A DNA stretch of 64,000 nt from NCBI GenBank assembly GCA_964016885.1, contig OZ024757.1:24738001-24802000 (forward strand), read 5' to 3'. Position 1 is the stretch's first letter; every line of letters begins with the position of its first letter. Below, one piece after another: positions 50,630-63,854 of this stretch. The DNA is from Eledone cirrhosa. Taxonomy: Eukaryota. The notes beneath the pieces were generated by a model, which was not told the DNA's origin, ran no database searches, and saw only the letters and a list, made by a program, of their open reading frames with translations. The translations under genes and the position numbers were made by a program.

Positions 50630-52261
50630 CTACAGAATGAAAGAATGAAAACAGTGAGAAGTAGTTGATAATTTGTGGGTCTAAAGTTCAAATATTACCT
50701 GGGGTATACACTGTCTTTCATTACCACTTAGGGGCTATGCTGAACTGAGGGTAACTCAGTTGACCATTGACCACGAAACCTTACTTCTAATCAAAGGCAA
50801 CAGAATGGTAAAATATATGTGCGTGTGGATATATATATATATATATATAAAATTTTTCTTCTTTACTTGTTTTGAATTAAGATTGAATTATTTTCCCATA
50901 TCTTACGTTAAATATTTTTCATCTTGATGTTATAGTCACTTATATGTCTGAATTACTGTCGGGTTCTTGCTTACATTAATTTCTCTATTTTCATTTATAT
51001 ATTTAAACTCGGAATTTTTCCTTGAGTGCTTACTATTATTTGTGACTAATCCCAGTTTTAAAAAAAAAAACTGCGATAATATTGCTTTATGCTGAACTCC
51101 ATATTTTTTGTTAAGTTTTTTCAGAATGTTTTTGACTACTGTTTCTTGTAAACAGACTTTCGTTTCATTCCGGCATCACTAGCCGGTCTTCACGTGTGTT
51201 TTTATTATTTCAATTCCACACAATGTTTGACTTGCCTGCTTTTAAATTCCCCTCTGGCATATTTTAGCAGTGAGACTTAGTTAACGTGTTGAGCACTACT
51301 GATGAACGACTCCAAACGTGACTAACCCCACTGAAAAGTTTCATGAAATAATTTTTTTAAGACTATATAGTGCATTTGTAGATTTTCCCAAATTGATGGA
51401 TAAGTATTTTTTCTTGATTTTATTTTGAGTTAAGATTCTATTAGTTTTTTCCCCAGATTACACAAAGTCTGAGGATAAAATTTTTCTTCTTGACTTGTTT
51501 TGAATTAAGATTGAATTATTTTCCCATATCTTACGTTAAATATTTTTCATCTTGATGTTATAGTCACTTATCTGTCTGAATTACTGTCGGGTTCTTGCTT
51601 ACATTAATTTCTCTATTTTCATTTATATATATATATGCATGGCTTAGTGGTTAGAGCATCAGGCTTACAATTGTGAGGTTGTGAGTTCAATTCTTGGCAA
51701 TGCGTTGTGTTCTTGAGCAAGACACTTTATTTCATGTTGCTCCAGTTCACTCGGCTGTAGAAATAAGTTGCGATGTCACTGGTGCCAAGCTGTATCGGCC
51801 TTTTGCTTTCCCTTGGACAACATCGGTGGCATGGAGAGAGGAGACTGGAAAGCATGGGCCACTGCTGGTCTTCCACAAACAACCTTGCCTGGAGGTGTAT
51901 ATCCCATGGTCATTCGTGACCGAAGAGGGTCTTTTTTACTTATATATATATATATCTATTCATCTATATTTATGTAATTTGCCTAAAGGCATCATTTGTC
52001 TCTACATGTTTTGTTATGTCCCAATGTGTACTGGAATGAATGGTATCAACCTTAATTCACTGAAACTGTAGTGATTTCTAGAGGTTGACTCAGATGACCG
52101 TCTTATAGATTTCTGCCTATGTTTTTGAATTTAAGCCTGGCCAGCAACTGCCCCGTATGCAAATGAGGTTCATCAGCTCATAAACATAGTCAATATACAA
52201 TACGTACATTTTATATGTATACCACTATGTTGGGGCACGAATATAAATTTATATATATATA

Positions 52262-53480
52262 TGCCCCAAATGCAAAATATAGGTACATAAAAGATGTAGC
52301 AGGATTACAGGTAAGCTATCTAAGAATGTAGATTTTATATGTGGCGATGCTCAGGTGTAGCAAGGACCCACTGGATGCTATCTCCTTCAACTGCCCAGAT
52401 GGTTCTATAGAAATAGTAGACACTTCCCGTTACCTGGGTGATGAAATCAGCAGTGGAGGAAGGATGCTCTGAAAGTGTAGTAGCCAGAGTTAGAACGAGA
52501 TGGAAAGAGTTCAGCGAGCTAATACCACTGTTGGCCACAAGGGGTTTTTCTCTAAAAGTGAAAGGCAGATCGTATGATGCTTGTATACAAACGGTAATAT
52601 TACATGGTAGTGAGACTTGGGCATTGTGTGCTGAAGACTTGTGTAGATTAGAAAGAAATGAAGCTTGCATGCTCCAATGGATGTGTAATAATAATTGTTT
52701 CTACGTTAGGCACAAGGCCAGCAATTACCCAGTGTATTACTGGTACTTTACTTTATCGACCCCGTAAGGATGAAAGGCAAAGTTAACCTCAGCGGGATTT
52801 GAACTCAGAATGGCAAGGGCCGTAACTCTATGCGTCAAAGCATGGCGTCCGACCCTCTACCAATACTGCCAATCCACCGCCACTGGTGTGTAATAATAAT
52901 GTGAGCAAACGGTGAAGCAGAAACGAATTGAGAGAGAGACTAATCATAAGAGGTATCAAATGTGTTCTGGAGAAGAGATTGCGTTGATATGGACATGTGA
53001 TGCATATTAAGGATGACAACTGTATAAAAAAGTGCAGAGCAATGAAAATTGATGGAAGCTGCGGAGTGGGTAGACCATGAAAAACCTGGGATGAGGTGAT
53101 AAAAACTGACCTTACTCCCACCTCTCTAAGACGATGTTACTGGATCGAGAACTTTGGCACCATGCAGTTATACAGAAGACTCGCCTTCCCTTGCAGTAGG
53201 CACCTCTTAACTCAATATACACCCCACCCACACACCCTACCCCATCCTTCCACTGTGTCGGTGACATAACAAAAAGCACCCAGTCTACACTGTAAAGTGG
53301 TCATGTAGGAGACACAGTAAAAAGGCTCCCAGTCCACACTGTAAAAATGGTTGGTGTTAGGAAGGGCATCCAGCCGTAGAAAACCTGCCAAAGACACAAT
53401 CTCCTGAACAATCCCACATCAAATGGAACAAAACCGTCTAACCCATGCTAGCGTGGAAGATGGACATTAAATGATGATGA
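52262..53480 (+). mobile_element. Degenerate RTE LINE fragment interrupted by a SINE A copy
   Basis: GCSESVVARVRTRWKEF...LHGSETW; the SINE insertion is flanked by the duplication TGTGTAATAATAAT. Confidence 0.85.
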
Positions 53481-53769
53481 TAATGGTGATATCTTTTCAT
53501 GGCGAGATTAATCTGCTACAATTAATCAGATGCTGTCATGAAACTCTGAGTACCAACAAAAACATATGCTTAGTTGGCATTTTTAAGTTATATAAAATAT
53601 CTCTCTGCTTACATACTGAGGGTTCATTCTTTCATAATTACAATTCGCACTCAGATAACGATATTATTTGCAAGAGATGTCAAATGAATGGACCTGTTAT
53701 TTTTATCTAAAGACATTTTTTCCAATTCCATCCCGCCCGTCCCCTCAATCTATTTTATTTCTCATTCTT

Positions 53770-53805
53770 TCTTCTGATGAAGGACTAGCGTCCGAAATGT
53801 TAAGA
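53770..53805 (+). ncRNA. Minimal type-I hammerhead motif
   Basis: TCTT-CTGATGA-A-GGAC TAGC GTCC-GAAATGTT-AAGA; stems I and II pair perfectly. Confidence 0.75.
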
Positions 53806-53910
53806 CCCTCTTCCTGCTATATCAAACATTAACCTAATATATACCTTCCATATACTGTACTGATTGTGTTGTTATTTCTGTTTACCTTTTACATACATAT
53901 ATATATATAT

Positions 53911-53968
<58 letters not shown>

Positions 53969-55265
53969 ATATATATATATTATATATATATATATATATA
54001 TACCTATATATATATATATATACCTATATATATATACCTATATGCGTGTATAAATAATACATGCATATATTTTTTTATAATCCAATTGAGTTCTTCACAC
54101 GCAAGGTTAAAATTATTGAAAGAATTAATTGACCCGCGTGCATATTATTTTATGCTCTTATGTTTTGCGATGACCTCCCCTTTCCGCTTGATGGCAGTGT
54201 GAGATTTCTCATTCTGAGCCTGCTGGAATTTCAAATTTGGCGGTCATTCTGATACGGAAGGGCAACATCCTTTCTAACACATGCTAGCGTGGAAAATGGA
54301 TGTTAAACGATGATGATGATGATGTTTATTGTTATTACAGCTGTTGTTCTTGCAGTCCATTTGGTCATATTAGCCTGACACAAATACTGCACAGTACTTA
54401 ATTCCATGCTACCCTGCTGAGAGGCCATTGTCCTATATTCTGTTTAGAACATTTTTTATCTGACAATGCCTTATTGTGGACGCCTAGCAGACCCTTCCAG
54501 TCTTCACATACCCACACCTTCACACCCTACATATATAAACAACCCATTTGAATACACAGGCATAAACACACACACACACATATGCACAAAAATACATATA
54601 TACACACATATGAGCAGGCCTGCCATCACACACAAACACTTACATAGGCACACATCCACCCAAAGAAATAGGCCCGATGTTTATATATAACCAACATTTC
54701 ACTGATCACCACAAATAATTTATTTTTTTGTTGAATCATCAGTCAGATGAGCAGATCAATACTGGAGTGAGGTCCATAACATCTATGGGTGACCTTGAGC
54801 CAATCATCTGAGAAACGCATGTAAACAAAAGAGTTGTCCTATATGTGGGCACTGCTAGGACAGGTGACCATGACTTGTTCATATGGAACTGATTTTGGCT
54901 AGATTTCTTCAGCTGGATCCCCTTTCTAATGCCAACTTCATTTACAGTGTGGACTGGGTGCTTTTTGTCGTGACACCTACATGGCCACTTTACAGTGGGA
55001 ATGTGGATGAGTGGGTGGTGGGGCATACTGTACATATGCTTCAGCCTATACCCATGGGAAGTCAGGTCTTCTGTATTACTGCGTAACGCCGTAGATCTCA
55101 GTCCTGTGTCATTGCCTTTGAGAGGTGCAATTGGGCAAGGTCAATTTTTATCACCTCATCCCAAATCTTCTTGGGTCTCCCCACTCCAAGGCTTCCATGG
55201 ACTTTGAGCGCTCTGCATCTTTTTATGTATCTGTCATCCTTCATACGCAACATATATATACATAT

Positions 55266-55396
55266 ATATTTAATATAGAAATGGCTTCTACAGGACTAGA
55301 ACTGTTTCATTTGAAGGAAAACATCAGAGCTTTCCTGATGATTTCTTTCGAATGAAACAGTTCTAGTCCTGTAGAAGCCATTTTTATATTAAATAT
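55266..55396. repeat. Fold-back element with a hammerhead-like core in each arm; paralogue at 8308-8424
   Basis: Arms are near-perfect inverted repeats; CTGATGA (55335) TTTCTTTCGAAT GAAAC (55354) AGTTC. Confidence 0.75.
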
Positions 55397-55530
55397 TTAT
55401 ACTTTGCTATGAATTGAGTACCTTACTGTAGTTACCCCCGATTGAACCTGGGATACATACACACACACATCATCATCATCATCATCATCATCACCGTCTG
55501 GGCATATTGATATATATATACATATATATA

Positions 55531-55608
<78 letters not shown>

Positions 55609-55949
55609 AATATATATATATATATGTATGTATATATATATATATCAGATAGGGTGTGGTAAAAACCAGGTAGACCATAACCCACCAGAGTACTTGATAC
55701 TCGGGGTAGTAGAGTGGTAATATGAAAAGATTCAGGACCCTGACGGCTGAGCTCCGGCTGTTTTGACAGCTAGTTCTGAACTCACTGTCGAATCGAAACG
55801 GCCGGAGCTCAGCCGTCAAGATCCTGAATTTCTTCATATATATCATCATCATCATCATCATCAACGTTTAACGTCCGTGTTCCACGCTTGCATGGGTTTG
55901 GACGGGGGTAGTCCCACTTGAGGCAAGAGTGATTGTCTTGCTCGCATAG

Positions 55950-56290
55950 GACTGTCTGGCAGGTTTTCTACAGTTGGATGCCCTTCCTAACACCAACCAC
56001 ATTTACAGTGTGGGACTGGGAGGTTTTTACCGTGTTGCCTACACGGCCACATTACAGCGTGGACTGTCTGGCAGGTTTTCTACAGCTGGATGCCCTTCCT
56101 AACACCAACCACATTTACAGTGTGGGACTGGGAGATTTTTACCGTGTTGCCTACACGGCCACATTACAGCGTGGACTGTCTGGCAGGTTTTCTACAGCTG
56201 GATGCCCTTCCTAACACCAACCACATTTACAGTGTGGGACTGGGAGGTTTTTACCGTGTTGCCTACACGGCCACATTACAGCGTGGACTG
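55950..56290. repeat. Three tandem ~110-bp copies inside an RTE/SINE 3' UTR; two copies in the paralogue at ~60390-60620
   Basis: Repeated GGACTGTCTGGCAGGTTTTCTACAG...CCACATTACAGCGT. Confidence 0.85.
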
Positions 56291-56924
56291 TGTGTTTTTT
56301 TGTCGTGACACCTACACGATCTCATTTGTTTCGGCCTGGATGGTGTGGCACCAACATAACTTTACATAGAACGGGGTGGTGTGGATGGGGTGGTGGTGGG
56401 ACGGGGGGGGGGGGGTATTTTGTTAGAGATGCCTACTGGCTGTAGTAGGTTTTACTATGTATTTATATATATATACACATATATAGTGTGAGTAGTACAG
56501 TGAATTACTGGTGTTGGTACCAAATCAAGTACTCTATGCACAGGCAGAGTGTAACAGGTCAATAGACAATAAATATTTTTCATATGCAAACGAAAATTCC
56601 TCGTTTTTTTTCCATTATATACATATATATATGGACATAGCATGGTCACCTGGCATGGCATTGCTCACGACAGGATAACTTGTCTAACTCATGCCAGTGT
56701 GACATTAAATGGTGATGATGATGATGATGATAATGATATATATATATATATATATATACCTTTTTAGTCCAGAATTAACCGTCGAAACGGCTTGAGCTCA
56801 GCCGTCGGGGTCCTACTCGTTCCTATTACCCACTCTACTACCCTAAGTATTGAGTACTTTGGTGCGTTATGGTCCACCTGGTTCCTTGCCACATTTCCTT
56901 CGTTATATATATATATATATATAT

Positions 56925-58500
56925 ACCTAAACCAAGTAATACTAGATGGTGTCATACTGAATGATTGGCACAGCAGCATCATTGGCAACTGATACAAGGG
57001 TAAAGGTTATGCACTAGATAGAGGAAACTATAGAGGCATAAAGCTGATGGACCTGGTCATGAAAGTAACAAAGAGTTATAGCACAGCTGATTAGGGACCG
57101 GGTGAAACTAGATGAGATGCAGTTTGGGCTTGTGAGGCAGTTACAGGAAAAGTACCTAGCTAAAAGTAAGCAGCTCTACCTGGCATTTGTCAATCTGGAA
57201 AAAGCTTTCGATAGATGTCCCATGCCATGATCTGATGGGCTCTTACAAAATTAAGAGAAGATGAGTGGCTTGTGAAGGTAGTACAAGTCATGTATAGGGG
57301 AGCAGTCAGCAAAGTTAGGATTAACAATGACTATAGCAAGGAATTTAGTGTACAGGTTGGCATCCACAAGGGCTCTGTTCTTAGCCCTCTCCTGTTTATC
57401 ATTGTACTACAGGCTATCACAGAGGAGTTTAAGACCGGCAGCCCATGGGAACTCATGTACACATGATCTTACACTCATAACGGAATCTATGGTGGAACTA
57501 GAGAAGAAATTCCAAACATGGAAACAGGGTCTAGAAACAAAGGGTCTTAAAGTCAACCCGACAAAGACTTGTAAGTTGAAGAGAAAACAGAACCCTGATC
57601 CCCTCAAGGAAATGGCCTTGTTCAGTATGTAGGAAAGGTGTAGGTAGAAATTCCATCCTTTGTCCATAATGTAGTGGAATCTCAGGAAGTTTAGCTAAGA
57701 ATGTAGGCTTTACATGTAGCAGTTGGACTAGAACAGTAAGCAGCAAACAATGCCAGGAAACAAGCACTATCAAATTCTGGGAAGGTGCTTTTCCTGCAAA
57801 ATGAACAGCAGATTTATGATGCGTGCATACAAACAGCAATGTTGCATGGTAGTGAGGCCTGGGCGCTGTGTGCAGAATACTTAAATAAATTAGAAAGAAA
57901 TGAAGCTTGCATGCTCTGATGGATGTGTAATAGTAATATATGTGAACGGCAAAGCATAAATGAACTGAGAGAGAAACTAGGCATAAGACGAATCAGATGC
58001 AGTGTGCAGGAACGGAAATTGCATTGGTATGGGCATCTGATGCATATGAAGGATGACAGCTGTATAAAAAGGTGCAGAGCGCTCAAAGTCAATGGAAGCC
58101 TTGGAATGGGGAGACCCACTTGGGATGAGGTGATAAAAGCTGATCTCGTCAAATTGCACCTCTTAAAAGTGATGACACAGGATCGAGAACTCTGGCATTA
58201 TGCAGTAAAATAGAAGACCAAAATTCCCATGGGCACGGGCACAGGCTGTAGCTGAAGTATATATATATAGCATGCACCACTCCAGCCACTCCCATTAGCT
58301 CAAGCTGAAGTATACATCCAGTGAAGCCTCCAGCCGGCACTGTAAAGTGGTTGTGATGGCGATATGGTAAAAAGCGCCCATCCTACACTGTAAAGAGGTC
58401 GTGTAGGCATCACAACAAAAAGCACCCACTGCTCAATGTAAATGAGGTTGGTGCTAGGAAGGGCATCCAGCTGTAGAAACCAAACCAAAATCAGTTCTGT
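56925..58500 (+). mobile_element. Degenerate RTE LINE RT region
   Basis: NYRGIKL, LEKAFD, GSVLSPLLF and WYGHLM motifs with many frameshifts. Confidence 0.88.
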
Positions 58501-59424
58501 ATGAGCATTTATAGTGTGTACTGGGTGCCTTTTGTCATGTCACCTGCACAACCACTTTACAGTGGGTGCCTTTTGTTGTGTCACCTACATGACCACTTTA
58601 CAGTGTGTAGTGGGTGCTTTTTGTCGTGTCACCTACACAATCACTATACATACACATGTCATGCTGAACCTCCCTAAGAATCATATTAAGGATACATATA
58701 TCTGTCACATGCCCATTTCACAGGCTGGCTTGCCACTTTTTCAAACAATTATCATCAGAAATGTCAGTGGTCCACTTATGGTTTTATTTGATGTATCATA
58801 TCTACATGTATATATACCTGCGTATAATATCAATATACACACTACACATGCTAGCAGAAAAACCAACCTTTGGGTGGTTTTCTGCTAACATGTGTAGTGT
58901 CTATATTGATATTATACGCAGGTATATACATGTAGATATGATACATCAAATAAAACCATGATTGATAATATCCACAGAAATTGAATGAAGACTGCGTTAC
59001 ACTGTCTTATGTAATCAGTAACGTAATCCATGATACATTAAAAAAAAGACGATATATATAAGCTGCATTAGGAGAAAATTAGTGACGGAAATATATGAAT
59101 ATTTATTTAAGCGATCGCTAACCGGAAGTGTTGATATTTGAAAATTTTAAAGAACTGAATCTTAAAATAAACAACAAAATTATTTATATTTAATCAAGAA
59201 TAACAAAATTTAGTAGATAAATTATGTTATATTCATTCATTATTTATTCAAAGTAATCCAACTTATTTTACTAAGGGGATAAAAAAAAATATTCTGGACG
59301 CAGTCCTGCACTCCTTACTTTATTATAGTTTAGATATATACACACACACACACTCACATACAGTAGTCCCCCGGTATTCGCGGGGGTTACGTTCCTAGAG
59401 CACCCGCTTGAAGGTGAAAGTAAT

Positions 59425-59481
<57 letters not shown>

Positions 59482-60140
59482 GATATTAAATAAATGGAAA
59501 CTATATTTATAAAACCATATCTATTTCATTATATATATTTCAGGGATATCATATTAACAATATGCTATGCCTTCCTCAGACAAAATACAATATAGACAGT
59601 TTTATAGATAAATAGATTTGACATACCGTTCAACATCGACTTGTATTTGAAAAGTTGATTTGGCAGTGAAAAATATATATATAATTGTTTCTACTTTTGG
59701 CACAAGGCCAGCAATTATCCCAGTGTATTACTGGTACTTTATTTTATCGACCCCGTAAGGATGAAAGGCAAAGTTAACCTCGGTGGGATTTCAAATATGA
59801 AATAATGTCAAAATATAATAAGAAAAAAAAGACGGAGCATCTTATGTGAAGGGACGTACAATAGGCTGGCAAATATAGTATATTGTTATTAATAATTTAA
59901 CATTAAAAAAGCCATAAAAAAATTGCAGAAGATATTTAAGATTCTGCGAATATACGGTGGTTTCCACGGACAATTATTAGTTAGGTTCTAAGGAAAATTT
60001 CATGAATAACTAGGACTGTGAATGTCGTGGGTACACTGTGTGTAGTGATGTCAACATGAATGGACCTGTTATTTTTATCTAAAGACATTTTTTCCAATTC
60101 TTCCCGCCTTTCCCCTCAATCTATTTTATTTCTCATTCTT

Positions 60141-60176
60141 TCTTCTGATGAAAGACTAGCGTCCGAAACGTTAAGA
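60141..60176 (+). ncRNA. Minimal type-I hammerhead motif (second copy of the 53.7-kb element)
   Basis: TCTT-CTGATGA-A-AGAC TAGC GTCC-GAAACGTT-AAGA, with palindromic AACGTT. Confidence 0.75.
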
Positions 60177-60282
60177 CCCTCTTCCTGCTATATCAAGCGT
60201 TAACCTAATATATACCTTCCATATACTGTACCGATTGTGTTGTTATTTCTGTTTACCTTTTACATACATACATACATATATA

Positions 60283-61868
60283 TCATCATCATTATCATCA
60301 TCATCAGGTTTAGCGTCCGTGTTCCACGCTTGCATGGGTTTGGACGGGGGTTTTCCCACTTGAGGCAAGAGTGGTTGTCTTGCTCGCATAGGACTGTCTG
60401 GCGGGTTTTCTACAGTTGGATGCCCTTCCTAACACCAACCACATTTACAGTGTGGGGCTGGGAGGTTTTTACCGTGTTGCCTACACGGCCACATTACAGC
60501 GTGGACTGTCTGGCGGGTTTTCTACAGCTGGATGCCCTTCCTAACACCAACCACATTTACAGTGTGGGGCTGGGAGGTTTTTACAGTGTTGCCTACACGG
60601 CCACATTTACAGCGTGGACTGTGTGTTTTTTGTCGTGACACCTACACGATCTCATTTGTTTCGGCCTGGATGTTGTGGGACCAACATAACTTTACATTGA
60701 AAGGGGCGGTGTGGGTGGGGTGGAGGTGGTGGGACGGGGGTGTGTTTTGATAGAGATGCCTACTGACTGTAGTAGGTTTTTACTTTGTATTTAGGTAAGG
60801 CGGGTCTTCTCTATTACTGAGTACCGCCAAAGGTCTCGGTCCAGTGACATTGTCTTGGAGAGGTGTAAGCGTGTGAGGTCGGAATTTATCAGCTCGTCCC
60901 ATGTTTTTCTGGGTCTGCCTACTCCGTGGCTACCGTCTATCTTTATTGCCCTGCACTTTGTTATACAGCTGTCGTCTTTCATGCGCATCACGTGTCCATA
61001 CCAACGTAGCCTTCTCTCGAGTAAACAACATCTGATCCCTCTTATTTCTAATTTTTTCCTTAGTTCGTTTATGCTTTGCCGTTCACGTATATTACTATTG
61101 CACATCCAGCGGAGCATGCAAGCTTCGTTCCTCTCTAGTCTGCGTATATCCTCTGCACACAATGCCCAGGTCTCACTGCCATGCAGCATTGCTGTTCGTA
61201 TGCAGGCATCGTATAACCTGCCTTTCATTTTTAGGGAGAACCCTCTAGCGGCTAATAGTGGTATAAGCTCTCTGAACTTTTTCCATCCAGTTCTGACTCT
61301 AGCTACTGTACTTTCAGAGCACCCTCCCCCACTGCTGATTTTGTCACCCAGATAACGGAAGCTGTCCACTATTTCTATAGAACCCTCTGCGCAGTTGAAG
61401 GAGCTAGTATTTTGTGGGCACTTGCTGCTACTTATTGCACCAGAGCACCGGCCACATGTAAAATCTATGTTCTTAGTTAGCTTACCTGTGATCCCACTAC
61501 ATCTTTTATGCACCCATACTTTGCATTTGGGACATAAAATGGAGTTTCTACCTACGCCTTTCCTACACACTGAGCATGGCCATTTCCCCGATGGGACCGC
61601 CGCCTTATTTTCTTTCCTACAAACTAGAACTTTAGTCTTAGCCAGGTTAATTTTAAGGCCTTTTGATTCTAGGCCGTGCTTCCACGTTTGGAATTTCTTC
61701 TCTAGTTCGGTCATTGATTCAGCTATGAGCGTTAGATCATCTGCGTATAGGAGTTCCCATGGGCAGCCGGTCTTGAACTCCTCTGTTATAGCCTGAAGGG
61801 CAATAATAAATAGTAGGGGGCTAAGTACAGAGCCCTGATGGACACCAACTTTTACGCTAAACTCTTCA
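60283..61868 (-). mobile_element. 5'-truncated, relatively intact RTE LINE (RT with YADD, Cys/His finger, C-terminus, 3' UTR)
   Basis: Open frame through QGSVLSPLLF and LYADDL (~61735-61750) into ORF 60791-61714; (GAT)n tail. Confidence 0.95.
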
Positions 61869-62414
61869 TATATATATATATATCAGTTCCCATCCCACCC
61901 TTGCAAGCAGGGAAAGGCGGACGTAACATGATGCTGATGATGATATATATATAAATTTAGAAGAAACAAGGTGCTGTGTGGTTACTGATAAAGTGTATTT
62001 AGAAATGAAAGGAAAGCACAAACAAGGGACAGGTGCCCTCCTCAGTTGTCTGCTGGGGGTCTCAGACGTTTTAATGCATTAAAGACAATATGTCTATCCC
62101 CAGTGCGTCAATAACTTTGGAAGTTATCGGGGACAGAAAAAGAAATATATATATATGTCATCATCACCGTTTTACATCCATTCTTCCACGCTAACATGGG
62201 TTAGATGGGTTGTCCTGTTGTTGGCAGTGCCCGGTCGGCTAACCTTGTCTTGCTCATACGGGAACTGATTCTGGCTTGATTTCTACAGCTGGATGCCCTT
62301 CCTAACACCAACCTCATTTACAGTAAGTGCTGGGTGCTTTTTTTCCGTGGCACCTACACAACCACTTTACAGTGTGGGCTGGGTGCTTTTTTGCCGTGGC
62401 ACCTCCACGACCAA

Positions 62415-62457
<43 letters not shown>

Positions 62458-62475
62458 TAGTTTTAATATATATAT

Positions 62476-63262
62476 CATCATCATCATCATCATCATTTTA
62501 CGTCCGCTTTTCCCTGCTTGCAAGGGTGGGACGGGTCTTATTCAGCACAGCATCTCTCCACTCGTCACGGTCCCTCGTCATCTCCACCGTGAGCTTCAAT
62601 GATCTGAGGTCTGTTCTCACCACCTCCGCCCATGTTTTTCGTGGTCTACCTCTACCACGTCTTCCTTCAACTGGCATTTCCTGGCACTTCTTCACCCATC
62701 GGTCATCCTCCATGCGCATCACATGTCCATACCACCTCAGTCTCCTCTCCCGTACACTACATTCTATCCCTCTCAGACACAGTTTCTCTCTCAACACATT
62801 TATGCTGGGTCGTTCACGCACATTTACACTGCACATCCAACGGAGCATGCTTGCCTCATTTCTCTCCAGCCGTCGCATATCTTCTGCGGTAGCTGCCCAT
62901 GTCTCACTACCATGCAGCATCGCGCTCCTCACACAGGCATCATACAACCGGCCTTTCGTACGCAGGGAGAAACCCTTCTTCGTCAACAGAGGAAGCAGCT
63001 CCCTAAACTTCTTCCAACCCGTCCTTATTCTAGATACTATGGCCTCGGAACACCCTCCTCCCATGCTAATCTGATCTCCTAGGTACCGGAAGCTATCCAC
63101 CACTTCTATAGCGCCCTCTCGCATTTGAAAAATGTGTCTATCAGTGCGACTTCTACTGTCTAATTTCCCTGTACATCTACTGCATACATATTTCTCCCTA
63201 CCTGTTAGTTTGCCTGCTATCCCGCTACATCTCTTGTGTACCCAGGACCTACATTGTGTGCA
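62476..63262 (-). mobile_element. 5'-truncated RTE LINE, second (GC-richer) subfamily
   Basis: ORF 62498-63124 with FRYLG, LHGSETW, RLRWYGHV and GRPRKTW; short 3' end with (GAT)n tail. Confidence 0.93.
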
Positions 63263-63469
63263 TATATATATATATTAGTAAAAGTAGAGAATATCGACTG
63301 CGAGCTGGACAGTTTCAGCTAGTTACCTCAGAAGAGGTAATTAGCTGAAACCACTGAGCTTACGGTCGATATCCCCTACTTTTATTAATATACGATACAC
63401 ACATTCTCCATCATACCATATTTCTTTCATTTGTGTTTTTCCCTGTCCCAGTACCACAGACCATCAATA

Positions 63470-63583
63470 CATATGTCTATGTGTGTGTGTATATATACAC
63501 ATACAGACATATATATATATATATATATATACAAATACACACACACACACTGACACATATATATATATGTACAAACACACACT

Positions 63584-63614
<31 letters not shown>

Positions 63615-63703
63615 GCACAAATACACACACACACACATATACATATATAAACATACACACCACACAAACATTCACTTACATATGTTTGTGTGTGTGTATA
63701 CAT

Positions 63704-63742
<39 letters not shown>

Positions 63743-63815
63743 CAAATACACACACACACACATATACAAACATACACACAAACATTCACATACATATGTC
63801 TGTGTGTGTATACAG

Positions 63816-63854
<39 letters not shown>

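Noticed and set aside
51297-51325. CTGATGA followed by AAACGTG as another hammerhead
   Set aside because: No stem II and no GAAA or cleavage triplet in the right geometry.
59361-60037. Tigger/pogo-like MITE (CAGTAGTCCCCCG... left end); similar TIR-like fragment at ~35395-35440
   Set aside because: The partner TIR is too degenerate or absent to call with confidence.
60855-63082. Plus-strand ORFs of 119-182 aa
   Set aside because: Antisense shadows of RTE reverse-transcriptase ORFs.
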